From Paraphysomonas bandaiensis (Eukaryota; Protista; Chrysophyceae), in the NCBI GenBank assembly GCA_965644295.1, contig CBFFRP010000297.1, forward strand, positions 62,001-126,000: a stretch of DNA of 64,000 nucleotides, given 5' to 3'. Shown piece by piece: positions 25,678 through 36,931 of the stretch. Below the pieces are notes generated by a model. That model was given only the letters and a program-made list of their open reading frames with translations, was not told the DNA's origin and did not search any database. How positions within the stretch are numbered: the first letter of the stretch is position 1; every line of letters begins with the position of its first letter. The position numbers and the translations under genes were made by a program.

Positions 25678-27514
25678 CTACGCCATTCCGCCAACACTAA
25701 CATCGCTATCTTCATCGCTGCTACTTGGACTACTCTCACCACCTTCTGCATCCTGGGACACCTCATACTCCTTACCACACTCACCATCGCTCATGCATTC
25801 TTTTCCACTGTTTACCTTCATTTCTCCTCCGTCATTGTTTTCTGCCTGCACTTCAGCAGTTCCTCCTTTCTGCGGAGACACCATACCTGGGTAATTTAGA
25901 CGTCAGCCATGACTTTCATTTAGAATATAGATTACCTTCAATATCCGGATTCGGAACTCCATCCGGCTCATCTTTACCATTTAATGGTCCTAAGCTACCT
26001 ATTTCTATTGTATCCAAGGCGGTCTGTTGCCTATTAGCGAGGGATGAGGGAGGTCGAGCACTTGTCGTGGCCACGGATCCTGTCCCCGATTCCGTGCTTT
26101 TGCACTTGTCGCCAATAGTTGAGTCCATGTGGGGATTGGCCAACTGCGTGCAACCAAATGGATCTCCCGGAATTTCTGCACAGGTTGGTTGATCTGCAAG
26201 AGTGCTTTGTACTGCCCATCCTGCTCCGCCACCTTCTTCCTCCTGTGTGTAACTTCCCCTAAGGGCTCTCTCTACTTCCACCTCTAGTGCAGCCGACATA
26301 GAAAGTTCCATACTCTTGACCTGGCACAATAGCTCATTTATATATTTGAGTAATCCATCCCTACTCGCTGTCCACGCCACCCTTTGTGAATCTACCTCTC
26401 CTTTCATTTTTCCGAGAATTCCACTCAACTCGTTCTCCCGTAATCGACTGGCGGATAGTGCAGATGACAAATTCTCAACTTCCCGTCGGAGCACCGCCTG
26501 TTGCTCTTCACTAAGCGCATGAGCCTGTCGCTCCTTTTTGAGGACAGCGCTGATCTCCTCGACTTCCTCTAACGCGCTCTCGTGCTGAGTCCGCTTGTGA
26601 TTTAGTTCATCTGTAAGATTATCAAGGCGCATGCGCAACTCCGCCACCGACGAGGACATCTCCTCGCTGGCCCGAAGCTGTTCACGTTGCTGCTCCACCT
26701 ACCCATATATTACATAATGAATCGAAGATAATTCACAATTCAACCTGCTGTCGCATGCTGGCAAGAGACTCATCTAGATGTCTACACCGTGCCTCCAGAG
26801 CTGCACTGCTAGACTCCAGGGCTAGACTGTACACAATGTCAATGCCAATACACAGCACACTTTAACATACCGATTCTGAGTGAGCTCCGCTATCTTCGCA
26901 TCCCTTTGTTTGACCTCATCCTTGGCTTCCTTGAGGTCTCTTTGTAGATTTCCCACTTCCCGGGCTGTTGACTCTAGCTTTGTGATATATCCACTAATGC
27001 GCTGCTCTTGCTGTTTGCTTTCTCTTTCCAAAGCAGCCAGACGTTTGCTTGAATTGATATTACCGCTGCTAGATTCCACACTATCTTCCATGGATGAATA
27101 GAGTCGCTTGCCATTCTCCGTCCGCTGCGATTTGTTAGGAGGAAGATCTGGTTCTTCAGTGGGGTTAATATTCGAGCACTCGAACTCAAATATGGCTTTC
27201 GTATCTCCACGAAACTTTATTGAAATTCTATCTCCATGGTGCAGTTCATTTGATTTTCCTTTACCAATCAGAACATCATTCAAGAAAGTCCCATTCGAAC
27301 TAAAATCACTGACTCTATAAGTTGAATCCGTATCAGATAACTTATTTCTAGATATCGAAAAATGTTTTGCACTAATATATGGCTTAAGTAATGTAAAAGT
27401 AGTATTATCATGTAATCTTCCTACTATATTATCATCCGCCTCCATATTCCATACTATTGTTCTAGTGGTGTTTATATCTGAACCACCTACTTGAACTAAT
27501 CGTCCCCAATACAT
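25678..27514 (-). CDS. FHA-domain coiled-coil protein (multi-exon)
   Basis: FHA signature IVGR...ISAKHF...SDFSSNGTFLN...LHHGDRI, followed by long heptad repeats and an acidic tail. The 3' end is approximate. Confidence 0.82.
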
Positions 27515-28074
27515 ATCAACTGATGATAGATAGATATCAAGTAGAGATAAATGAAATATGAAAAGATTCGCTTACTTTAATATCAATAGAATACTTCAAT
27601 AAATGAAATTAATATCAAGTAAATGTATATACAAGTATATCACATTCTCCTTAATATTGACATGAGTTTTAAGAGATGATAATTTTCAATTCGAAAATTG
27701 AATAATTTCCATATAGAGTACACAAAAACTCGCTAAACACAGCACAATTATAGGATATTTTGGGGGGTTTTATACTGAAAATGAGAAAAACAGTAATTTT
27801 GAGATATTCAGACTTTGAACATAGTTTTTATCTGCTCCTGTACGACCCAACCGGATCTGGTTGTTGGATCTACTCTGCTCAAAAGGGCGATCTTTTAAAC
27901 CAATCAAATCAATAGAAAGAATAATATTATCATATGATTGACTCTAAAAGAAAGTGAGGAACATACCAGTACGGACGTTATATTCAAACACGCACGTATC
28001 GTTTCATAGTAGTTGACTATGTACAACTGAATAGATGAGACTATTATTTAAATGCATGTAAATCTGGTATTGTG

Positions 28075-30788
28075 ATGGATATTGTTGTACCGGAAATGGC
28101 TAGTACTCTGCCAGGTACCCCATCACGACGACAATCTCTTTCTTTTACAACAACCCCTGTGAACGTTGATAAAGTAAATAACCAACGTAGAAGAAGTTTA
28201 GCTATTGTTACAGACAATGAAAAGGATACGTTAAATGATCTTTCTAAATCCACTTCTCAGAACACCCCAATTGGAGACCCAAACTCTGAATCAGACATTC
28301 GAAGTGTACTGAACACTCAGAGAGAAGTTAATATCGTAAGATGTCATTATATCATATATATAACTCCATATAACATAAATATAAGGTAACAGCGCTTCGA
28401 CTAATGCGAAAAGTTGGTCGTCCTAAAACTGCCGAGAAGAGTACTCGAAAGGAACTTGTAAAAAGAACAAATTCCAGGTAGTGATATCGACAACGTTGAT
28501 ACCTTGATAAGTGTACCTTATGCAGTCCGTACTACACCTATAAGAATCAATCTCCCATCGTACTGCATAATATTGAAGATATATACAAGGAAGCACAAGT
28601 TGCATATCACCGAAAAATGAAGGAATCTCCGGTAAATACTTGCATCTGCCATAACTCCGTGCTCAAGATATGCAGGAGCGAAGGCAAGAGGAAGAGGATG
28701 CGGCCGCCAAAAGGTACTCTGGGAAGCTTAGGCCAATATCTGCCAGCATTATATCAGAGATAATGTCCACTGAGAGTTCAAGGATGCGAGAGAGATCCAG
28801 CACTATGAAGTCACGACCCAATCGCATGGCAAGATCGGTGGAGAGTTCTCTTTGCTGGTCAGAGAAGTCACCTGTTTCGGTGTCATTGGGCGGGGATATA
28901 TCTGCCGAAAACGCTAGTGTACCGAACAGGAAGGTAAATACAAAAGGACAAGGATGATCTAATTGCTAACATTTCTTTAGTTGGATAAGCAACCTCAGTG
29001 CATAGACAGCCCCCAGAAACCTTACGTATGTACAACTCCTGATTCTACGAAGAAAGGGTTAAGGTGCTTTTCTATCTATGCTGTTGATTTGCATTTATTA
29101 TTCTTATAAGGTCACCAAAAAAAGATCGCGAGAGCGTTATCAAAAAACGTGATGACCGAATTCAGGAGGAGGAGCAGCGTCGGTTAATGGTTATCGAGGA
29201 AAAGAAACGGAGGAGTGCTGAACGCGCCCAGCTTGTAGATTTACGCAGTAAGCAGAATATGTGGATGGTGATATTGATAGTCTTGCTAAGAACTAGGTAA
29301 AATGTGAGCTTCATTTGTATTATCAGTCACGTTTCATCAGAGCAATGGCGGCGGCGCTTGAAAACAAACGTCTAGCGCGTCTGAAGAAAGCTGTACGCAA
29401 AGTGCAACTTGGTGCCATCCGAAGAATAGAGCTGTGCGTAGAATTGTTGTAGTAATTGCCTATACCTTCATTTTATTGTAGGTTTTGGCAGAACCACCGT
29501 GTTATATCAAAAATGCGTAGAAACCCTCAGGCTCTTGCAAGGATAAGGGTCGTGGTTTTGGTGTACTGGAGACGGCGGAAGGTGAGGGAGAGAAATGCCG
29601 CAATAGATATGATACAGGTAAGATATTTTCCGTTATAGGAATATTATCTGTGTTTAATGTGTTTGATATAGAGCTTTCTGTCTGATATTGGCGGAGTCAG
29701 TGACAGGACACAGAAAGTTTACCGCTATAGAGCTCGAGTGGTAAAGCTTCAGCGGTGGATAAGAAGCTTTATGGTGTGTCAAAATGCAAGACTGCTGGTG
29801 AGGATTAACATAGTAGTATGATGTTTTACACCTGCTGAATAGATACTGTGGCTGTCACTTCAAAAGCTATTGATGAAGACTCGCATCGCTCGAAATAATG
29901 AAATTAACCTCAATGAGAGAATCGCAGTAAGGAAAATGAAGAAGACTAAGTTTTTTGGTGTGACAGTTCAGAAACTAGATGAGGTGGGTCATAAACGTGC
30001 TGACATAATTACTTACAATGAGTTTTATGGATAGGTCTACAGTAGTCTTTCCGCGTTGATGTCTCAGAAACAGCAAATGTACAAATCCTTAATGCAGCAG
30101 CAGCGACATATAGAAAATCTAGTCGAGACTCGATCACCTGGTGAGTTGCCGGTCATACGTCATTTTGATAACAGGCCATTGTTGTTCATTGTACTTCCTC
30201 CTTGTGTATACAATTTGTAGGGAAGCGCAACTATAACAGAGCACATTCATGGCAGCGAAGTGGTGGCTACAAATATATTGATATGTTACGGAGTGTCTTG
30301 TGGAAGCAACGCCGTCGTCACATTTTGTTGGATGAATCTGACTGGGGTAAAATGCACACCAAGACATCTGCGCGTCAGGTGAAATATATCTGTATACATT
30401 GTATTGTTAACTTGATTCGAATAGGCTGTAGACGATGCAGATGTAAAAGAGTTCTTAACAACTCCTGGACATCCAGGTCCGACGTACGTTTTTAATTCGA
30501 TTTCAGAATCTGCAACGAGGTATTACTAATGTTCATGCTGTGTTATTGATTTCACTCTGTGTCAGGAAAACGGAACCGTTTTTGTTGCTTACTGGAGGTG
30601 GGCTTCGTGAACTAGAGGCACTCGCCCACAGTATTGTACTCGCTGAAGATGGAAGCAAACTGGGCAGTCTTAGAAGTATGGCAAGCGGCAGTAGCATTCC
30701 CAGTGAGGCTGTAAACGCTTCACAAGACGACATACATGGTAATGATGTCTTTCTCTTTGAAGATGACGACGACGGTTTTCAATTGTAA
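28075..30788 (+). CDS. Uncharacterised multi-exon protein with IQ-like motifs
   Basis: Chain of short exons with GT-AG introns; VVKLQRWIRSF and AAIDMIQ/SFL IQ-like segments; basic coiled coil. Confidence 0.55.
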
Positions 30789-31243
30789 TACATATCGCGA
30801 TTTTTCGTGTAGTTGATACGGATCTATTTAACAGTGTGTTTTTATGCCTTTTACTACAAAGGTCAACCCCATTTTCTATGTGATAAAACTACGTTGTGCA
30901 AATCAATTTTAGAATTCATAACTCTCTATTTATAAACCTTAGTTACGTTCTATGTTTATTAAGTTCCCCGTGTTATTCAAATTTGTCGCATATCTGTAGT
31001 GCATAATGTATAATTTCGAAAAGTGTATGCTTGGACTTGTGTGATATCTACTTTCGGGTTAAAAATTGAACTAGTAGGAATATTGATAATATGATAACTA
31101 TGTAGTTGAACAGTGATGCAGTGTTGAAATACATGATGCCTTATATAACCGTTATATTCCTAAAGATATAAGTTGTACGACGATGCGTAACATCAAAATA
31201 AATTACATTTATACGATAGAAAACTAGAAACTGTAGAATGCTG

Positions 31244-31397
31244 TTGAATACGTTGATTAAACATTGCTTGCTACTTGAATTTAGTTATGTTGAGGCAAAA
31301 TTCTTGGAATGCCTATTGTAAGCTGGTCTTCACAAATTCAGCATATGTCACTTGCAGCGCTCTTAACTCTGAACAAAATTGCGGCTGATCTTGCGAA
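31244..31397 (+). pseudogene. Degenerate fragment of the sulfotransferase-like gene family
   Basis: AATACGTTGATTAAACATTGCTTGCTACT...GTTGAGGCAAAATTCTTGGAATGCCTATTGTA...TTCAGCATATGTCACTTGC aligns to 35118-35267 with frameshifts. Confidence 0.85.
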
Positions 31398-31576
31398 GAT
31401 CGTGCCTATCCAAGGCTTGATAACTTGGATTTGTAGTAAAGAAAGTTAATGTTGTCATTCACTTGTGTTGGAGGGTGGCGTCGGAGTAATGCTTTGTTGT
31501 TTGATTGTAAGCAATACTGCGTAACCGTTATAAATTTCCATTTATAAATGGTAATGACATTATAATTGCCGGGATA

Positions 31577-31728
31577 CTTAGTAACACTTACTTCTATTCA
31601 CACTTAGTAACAACTTAGTAACACTATATAACTTTATACTTTGTTTTTTATTCTTAGTAACACTTACTTCTATTCACACTTAGTAACAACTTAGTAACAC
31701 TATATAACTTTATACTTTGTTTTTTATT
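31577..31728. repeat. Perfect 76-bp tandem duplication with internal CTTAGTAACA motifs
   Basis: Units 31577-31652 and 31653-31728, flanked by TG(A/T)CATT(A/G)TAATTGCCGGGA direct repeats. Confidence 0.9.
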
Positions 31729-32220
31729 GATGTCATTGTAATTGCCGGGAACTGGACGACCATTAATGGACCATTCATACAATCCCATTACTATAATGTA
31801 CTGGAACTTATATATGCTATATAAAGAACTAGTGAAATCTAAACAATATGCTAAACAACTCTACAGCTACTTTGAGGAATCATTATTCGTTAGTCCTAAA
31901 CATACTTCTCTTAGTTCTAAAGATCATGGATGCGATAAAACAGAAAAACGAAAGTAAATTCTGCATACTGCACAGAAGCTTTGCTTCCAATTTGTGGTTA
32001 TCATCTCATGAGTACTAAACATACATTTGACTACATTTTGTCATCAATCGACTATCAATAAACAATATCAAAACGACTACGAGTATGTACGTATATATGT
32101 ATGCATTCAACACAATAAAGGAATGCCGTATGATTCATCTTTGATTTATTCTTACAGAACCATAGTTTAATGCATAATTACTTAATTAGTTACGACACCA
32201 ATGATACATACACTTTCTTT

Positions 32221-33111
32221 TCAGCCCCTATACGGAAGGCAGTTTACAATATTAGAACATGGATTTTGAATGCCAGCAGGCCATGTATGTGAATTGGAAT
32301 CAAGCATCCATTCAAACGGCGTACCAGTTAACTCTGTCACAATACGATCATAAACTTCAGGAGGCAGTCTCTTCTCAAATGACTCATGGAGTAGGTCAGA
32401 ACCCACAGTCACTTGCATGGCATGAGTCTCACATGTATGCTTAAAACTGAAGCCAATATTTGCAAGGCCAGTCGCAATTTTGTTGACAGCGTTGCAAGTG
32501 AAATATGCTGAATCTATGAAGTCCAACTCTACAATAGGCATTCCAAGAATTTTTGCCTCAACAAAACCAACTTCGAGTAGCAAATAATGTTTTATCAACG
32601 TATTCAAAGTAAAATTCCGGAGGCGAGATGTACTGTGGGTCAGTTCAAATGCAGATACTAAAGTTTCAAGTACGTTTTGACGACGATTAACAACGACGAG
32701 ATCTATTTCAGTCTTTTTCGCTAAACGCATAAACTTCTGTACACACTCCAATTCAGAAAAATTCGTACCACAAAACTTTACATTCAACGGATGGGTTGGT
32801 TTGACCTGAACAAATAAGGAGGCATCGGTGTCGAAACACTTTGTGAAAGAATCAACCGTAAGACGCGCACTCGCAAACGTCTCAGGGCGACCACGAAATG
32901 ACATACCCAGTGACACCGCAGTACTCTCGGAGAGTGTGGTGGATGCGGATCTACCGTGTGACCATAGAAGTATGTTGAATTTACCATTCGAGACAACTCT
33001 GGAACTAGGCGACGCCTTATACACATTGTCGAAATCAAAGCGAAACGCATAAATATTAATAGCAAGAGTGCCCAGCACAACAAGACAAAACAAATGAGGA
33101 TATACTGTCAT
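32221..33111 (-). CDS. Intronless sulfotransferase-like protein (Stf0/P-loop type), copy 1
   Basis: Signal/anchor N-terminus; LLWSHGRSASTTL resembles the 5'-PSB loop and VVNRRQNVLETLVS the 3'-PB motif of Stf0-type sulfotransferases. Confidence 0.6.
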   Translation of the reverse strand: MTVYPHLFCLVVLGTLAINIYAFRFDFDNVYKASPSSRVVSNGKFNILLWSHGRSASTTLSESTAVSLGMSFRGRPETFASARLTVDSFTKCFDTDASLFVQVKPTHPLNVKFCGTNFSELECVQKFMRLAKKTEIDLVVVNRRQNVLETLVSAFELTHSTSRLRNFTLNTLIKHYLLLEVGFVEAKILGMPIVELDFIDSAYFTCNAVNKIATGLANIGFSFKHTCETHAMQVTVGSDLLHESFEKRLPPEVYDRIVTELTGTPFEWMLDSNSHTWPAGIQNPCSNIVNCLPYRG

Positions 33112-34613
33112 CTCTAACTTGTAGTTAATATATATAATGCCTGATCTGTTTCGTATCTGATTTTTATCATTGTCAGTTTATGTAAGATAATTAATATAAT
33201 AATCATAATTTTTTATTCTCATCATCTATAAATCCTAGTTTTGGGGGATTTCACTTGTTGAGCAGGGTAGAGTTTTTTTTTACCACTGTCAAAATGTCCA
33301 CACTTTGTCAAAAATATGATTAAAAAAAAAAACACCGAAGTGTGTAATTGGAAACCCCAGTTTTTATTGGATTGTGTAATTAGAATTACACAGGAGGAAA
33401 ACATCACCCATACAAACAACAGCGATTTTGAGATTTCAGATCTGTGTAATTCTAATTACACAGATTTTTAACCTATTTTTGAAGGCATCTATTCACAAAA
33501 GTCGGGTTTAAGGCGACAGTAAGAATGATATATACTTACAGCATATCTTAAGACACAGATACGAATAAGTAGAATAACCTGCAGTAGAAGCGATAGTACA
33601 TCCTAGACAAATGGATCCAGCTGCATTACACCTCATAATGCAAGGACAAAACGAAAGGAATGTATTGGAAGAATGTCCACACTATCCAGAATACTCAACA
33701 ATCTTATAGCTATACGACTTGGTTGGCGCAATCGAAACAGATGATGATGTCCTGATGCATACTGGACAAGCGCATGCGTTAAAGATAATTTGAACCCTGG
33801 GGAAAAGGGTATTGTGACAATGTCTGTTCAGACAAATCTGCTTTGGTGACATGAGTGTGACTGTCGGTCATGAACTATATCTGTTACCCTTGACCACCGA
33901 AGGTTGCTCTTTCATGTAAAATTTTTACTGCTATAGAGGTATAAGTGAGCACAACAGGAGAACATCATCTCCACATGTGGAAGTGACATTGGTAGACTCG
34001 GTTTTGTTGACGTCAGGTGTGTACAATACCTGTATATGATATATGATACTCACATCTGTTGCCAGATAGCTCAAGGAGAAATACAGTTCAGTAGATTTAA
34101 TTCCTCTGATATTTTACAAGCTAAGTATGTTCGAAACTGAAGCTAGGGAACAATATACTATATATATATACTGAAGGTAGCTCACTATATATTACCATAT
34201 ATTGCCATCAATATAGCCCAGGTAATGACTTCATCATGACATTGATATGCATGCAAGACAATTTTTTTAAACAATATCAATGAAAATATCCAGATTTTGA
34301 TGACTGATGCCACAACCAGACATGCATATTCACAAAAATTTTCTACAATGCCGGGTCAGTATGTTAACAATCGTGCCCTCGTATCGACATCCTTCGTATA
34401 TTTTTGTTCCAACATGCCTCTAATATTGAGACAACAATTATCTGTATTCCAGACGTAGTTGTATTGCAGTAATATAGAAAATATTTCCTTCAATTTATTC
34501 CCGAAATATATGATGCCCATACGCTTTGCTTTTATCCCTCGCACCTATCGGCCTAACCTGACACTATATTTACAAGGCTTCAGTCACCCTACATCTAATA
34601 TCAAAAGTTGAAG

Positions 34614-35504
34614 ATGACAGTATATCCTCATTTGTTTTATCTTATTGTACTGGGCACTCTTACTGCTAACATTAATGCCGACTACTATGATTTCAACAAA
34701 GTGTATAAGGCGTCGTCTAGTTCCAGAGTTGTCTCGAATGGTACATTCAATATACTTCTATGGTCACACGGTAGATCCGCATCCACCACACTCTCCAACT
34801 GTGCTGCGGCATCACTGGGCATGTCATTTCGTGTCAGCTCTGAGACATTTAGGAAATATCGTCTTACGGTTGATTCATTCACAAAGTGTTACGACACCGA
34901 TGCTTCCTTATTTGTTCAGGTCAAACCATCCCATCCGTTGAATGTAGATTTCTGCGGTACTAATTTTTCTGAATTGGAGTGTGTACAGAAGTTTATGCGT
35001 TTAGCGAAAAAGACTGAAATAGATCTCGTCGTTGTTAATCGTCGTCAAAACGTACTTGAAACTTTAGTATCTGCATTTGAACTGACCCACAGTACATCTC
35101 GCCTCCGGAATTTTACTTTGAATACGTTGATAAAACATTATTTGCTACTCGAAGTTGGTTTTGTTGAGGCAAAAATTCTTGGAATGCCTATTGTAGAGTT
35201 GGACTTCATAGATTCAGCATATTTCACTTGCAACGCTGTCAACAAAATTGCGACTGGTCTTGCAAATATTGGCTTCAGTTTTAAGCATACATGTGAGACT
35301 CATGCCATGCAAGTGACTGTGGGTTCTGACCTACTCCATGAGTCATTTGAGAAGAGACTGCCTCCAGAAGTTTATGAGCGTGTTGTGACAGAATTAACTG
35401 GTACGCCGTTTGAATGGATGCTTGATTCCAATACACATACATGGCCTGCTAGCATTCAAAATCCATGTTCTAATATTGTAAACTGCCTTCCGTATAGGGG
35501 CTGA
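34614..35504 (+). CDS. Intronless sulfotransferase-like protein, copy 2 (inverted paralogue)
   Basis: Same motifs as copy 1; the central ~150 aa are identical to copy 1. Confidence 0.6.
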   Translation: MTVYPHLFYLIVLGTLTANINADYYDFNKVYKASSSSRVVSNGTFNILLWSHGRSASTTLSNCAAASLGMSFRVSSETFRKYRLTVDSFTKCYDTDASLFVQVKPSHPLNVDFCGTNFSELECVQKFMRLAKKTEIDLVVVNRRQNVLETLVSAFELTHSTSRLRNFTLNTLIKHYLLLEVGFVEAKILGMPIVELDFIDSAYFTCNAVNKIATGLANIGFSFKHTCETHAMQVTVGSDLLHESFEKRLPPEVYERVVTELTGTPFEWMLDSNTHTWPASIQNPCSNIVNCLPYRG

Positions 35505-35596
35505 AAAGAAAGTGTATGTATCATTGGTGTCGTAACTAATTAAGTAATTATGCATCAAACTATGGTTCTGTAAGAATAACTCAGAGATAATCATAC

Positions 35597-36931
35597 CAGG
35601 GCTGCAGGTTGTAGTCAATTATAATTGCAATTATTACTTGCTGTTTCAATTTCAACTATTGCAATTAATTGCAATTATTTCATACTAAACTACATTAGCT
35701 GCCAATATAGCTACCTCAACTGTCTTTTCATTCCAGAGGCGACGGTTCATGCGTAGAAACATCAGTAACTCCAAATGCCGAGGAGTCATACTCTAGCTGA
35801 AATCCGTCATAACAATCTTAGCTCTACTGAACAACCTTTCAACCTTATTGGTTGTGGCATGCAAGTGCTTCATGCTGCGGTAACGAGTTTGCTGGTTAAG
35901 ACGTGCTCGCTTCCGCTGTCTGCTATCATCAATCAAACGTTGCGCTGCATCGTCATTCTCAACTAGACTCTCACTGCTGTCACCATCTTCTTCATCCACA
36001 TCGAGCAAAAATATTTTAATTTGATCCTTTTCCGTCCGAGTTAGTGCAGCTTCATTGCCACATTGAATCTTCACGACTGTCTTTTCGAAAGCAGCGTTAT
36101 GAATAATACCGGCATTGCTGCTCAGATGACGCTCGACAATCGGGTGTCTAATGAGGAGTTCGTCAAACAATATGCAAACGTCGTGGAGGTCGAGCTGGTT
36201 TTCACATTCCTTCTGTAATTGTATGGACACTAGTTGAAAGAATTCCAATTCCTCCCGTAATTGCACGAGCTTGGCATGCTCCGTTTCACTTGGTATTAGA
36301 CTTAACACGTCGGAACCAAACTCGCATGATTAGATAGATGCAAGTAGCGGCCAATCATTGCAAATGTGGAGCCCCACCTGGTATCTTGTTTCATTAAGGC
36401 ACAGAGAAAACCTTTCTTACGGATATTTAATTTGTGACTAGCACAGCCTATGAGAGGAACAGGTCTGCCGACTAAATTACCAATTAAACGTGCCAATTTC
36501 GGATTACAACTTTTCGTGTCAACTGTTTCTCCACAAAAGAAAAAGGAAGATCATCCATTATCACCCACTCTAACCAGTGATACACATTTTACGCTTGAGG
36601 TGATACTTTACACTCGATATATTTATCCATCGCACCACCACCTCGCTGGGCAGCACACCTTTTCGTACAGGACACTCCCGGCAATGTGAGATACTCGTAT
36701 GGATAAATATAGTCTTTCACCAATCTTCGATTTTTTAGTAAAAATTGGATTTCTTCAATAAAAATGCCGTTTTTAAACAACTTTTTTGCATAAAAAGGTG
36801 TTTTTTTACAATTAATTGAAGCTACCTACAGTGTACAGTCAATCACTATAATTACAATTATGAATCGATGTCCCAATTTCAATGATTGACAATTAATTAA
36901 GTGAAAATTAATTAATTGATACGCAGCCCTG
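35597..36931 (-). mobile_element. Non-autonomous hAT DNA transposon (1335 bp, deleted transposase)
   Basis: TIR CAGGGCTGC...GCAGCCCTG; 8-bp TSD AATCATAC (35589-35596, 36932-36939); empty site present in the left inverted arm. Remnant motifs GCASHKLN, DTRWGST, TNKVERLFSRAK. Confidence 0.93.
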
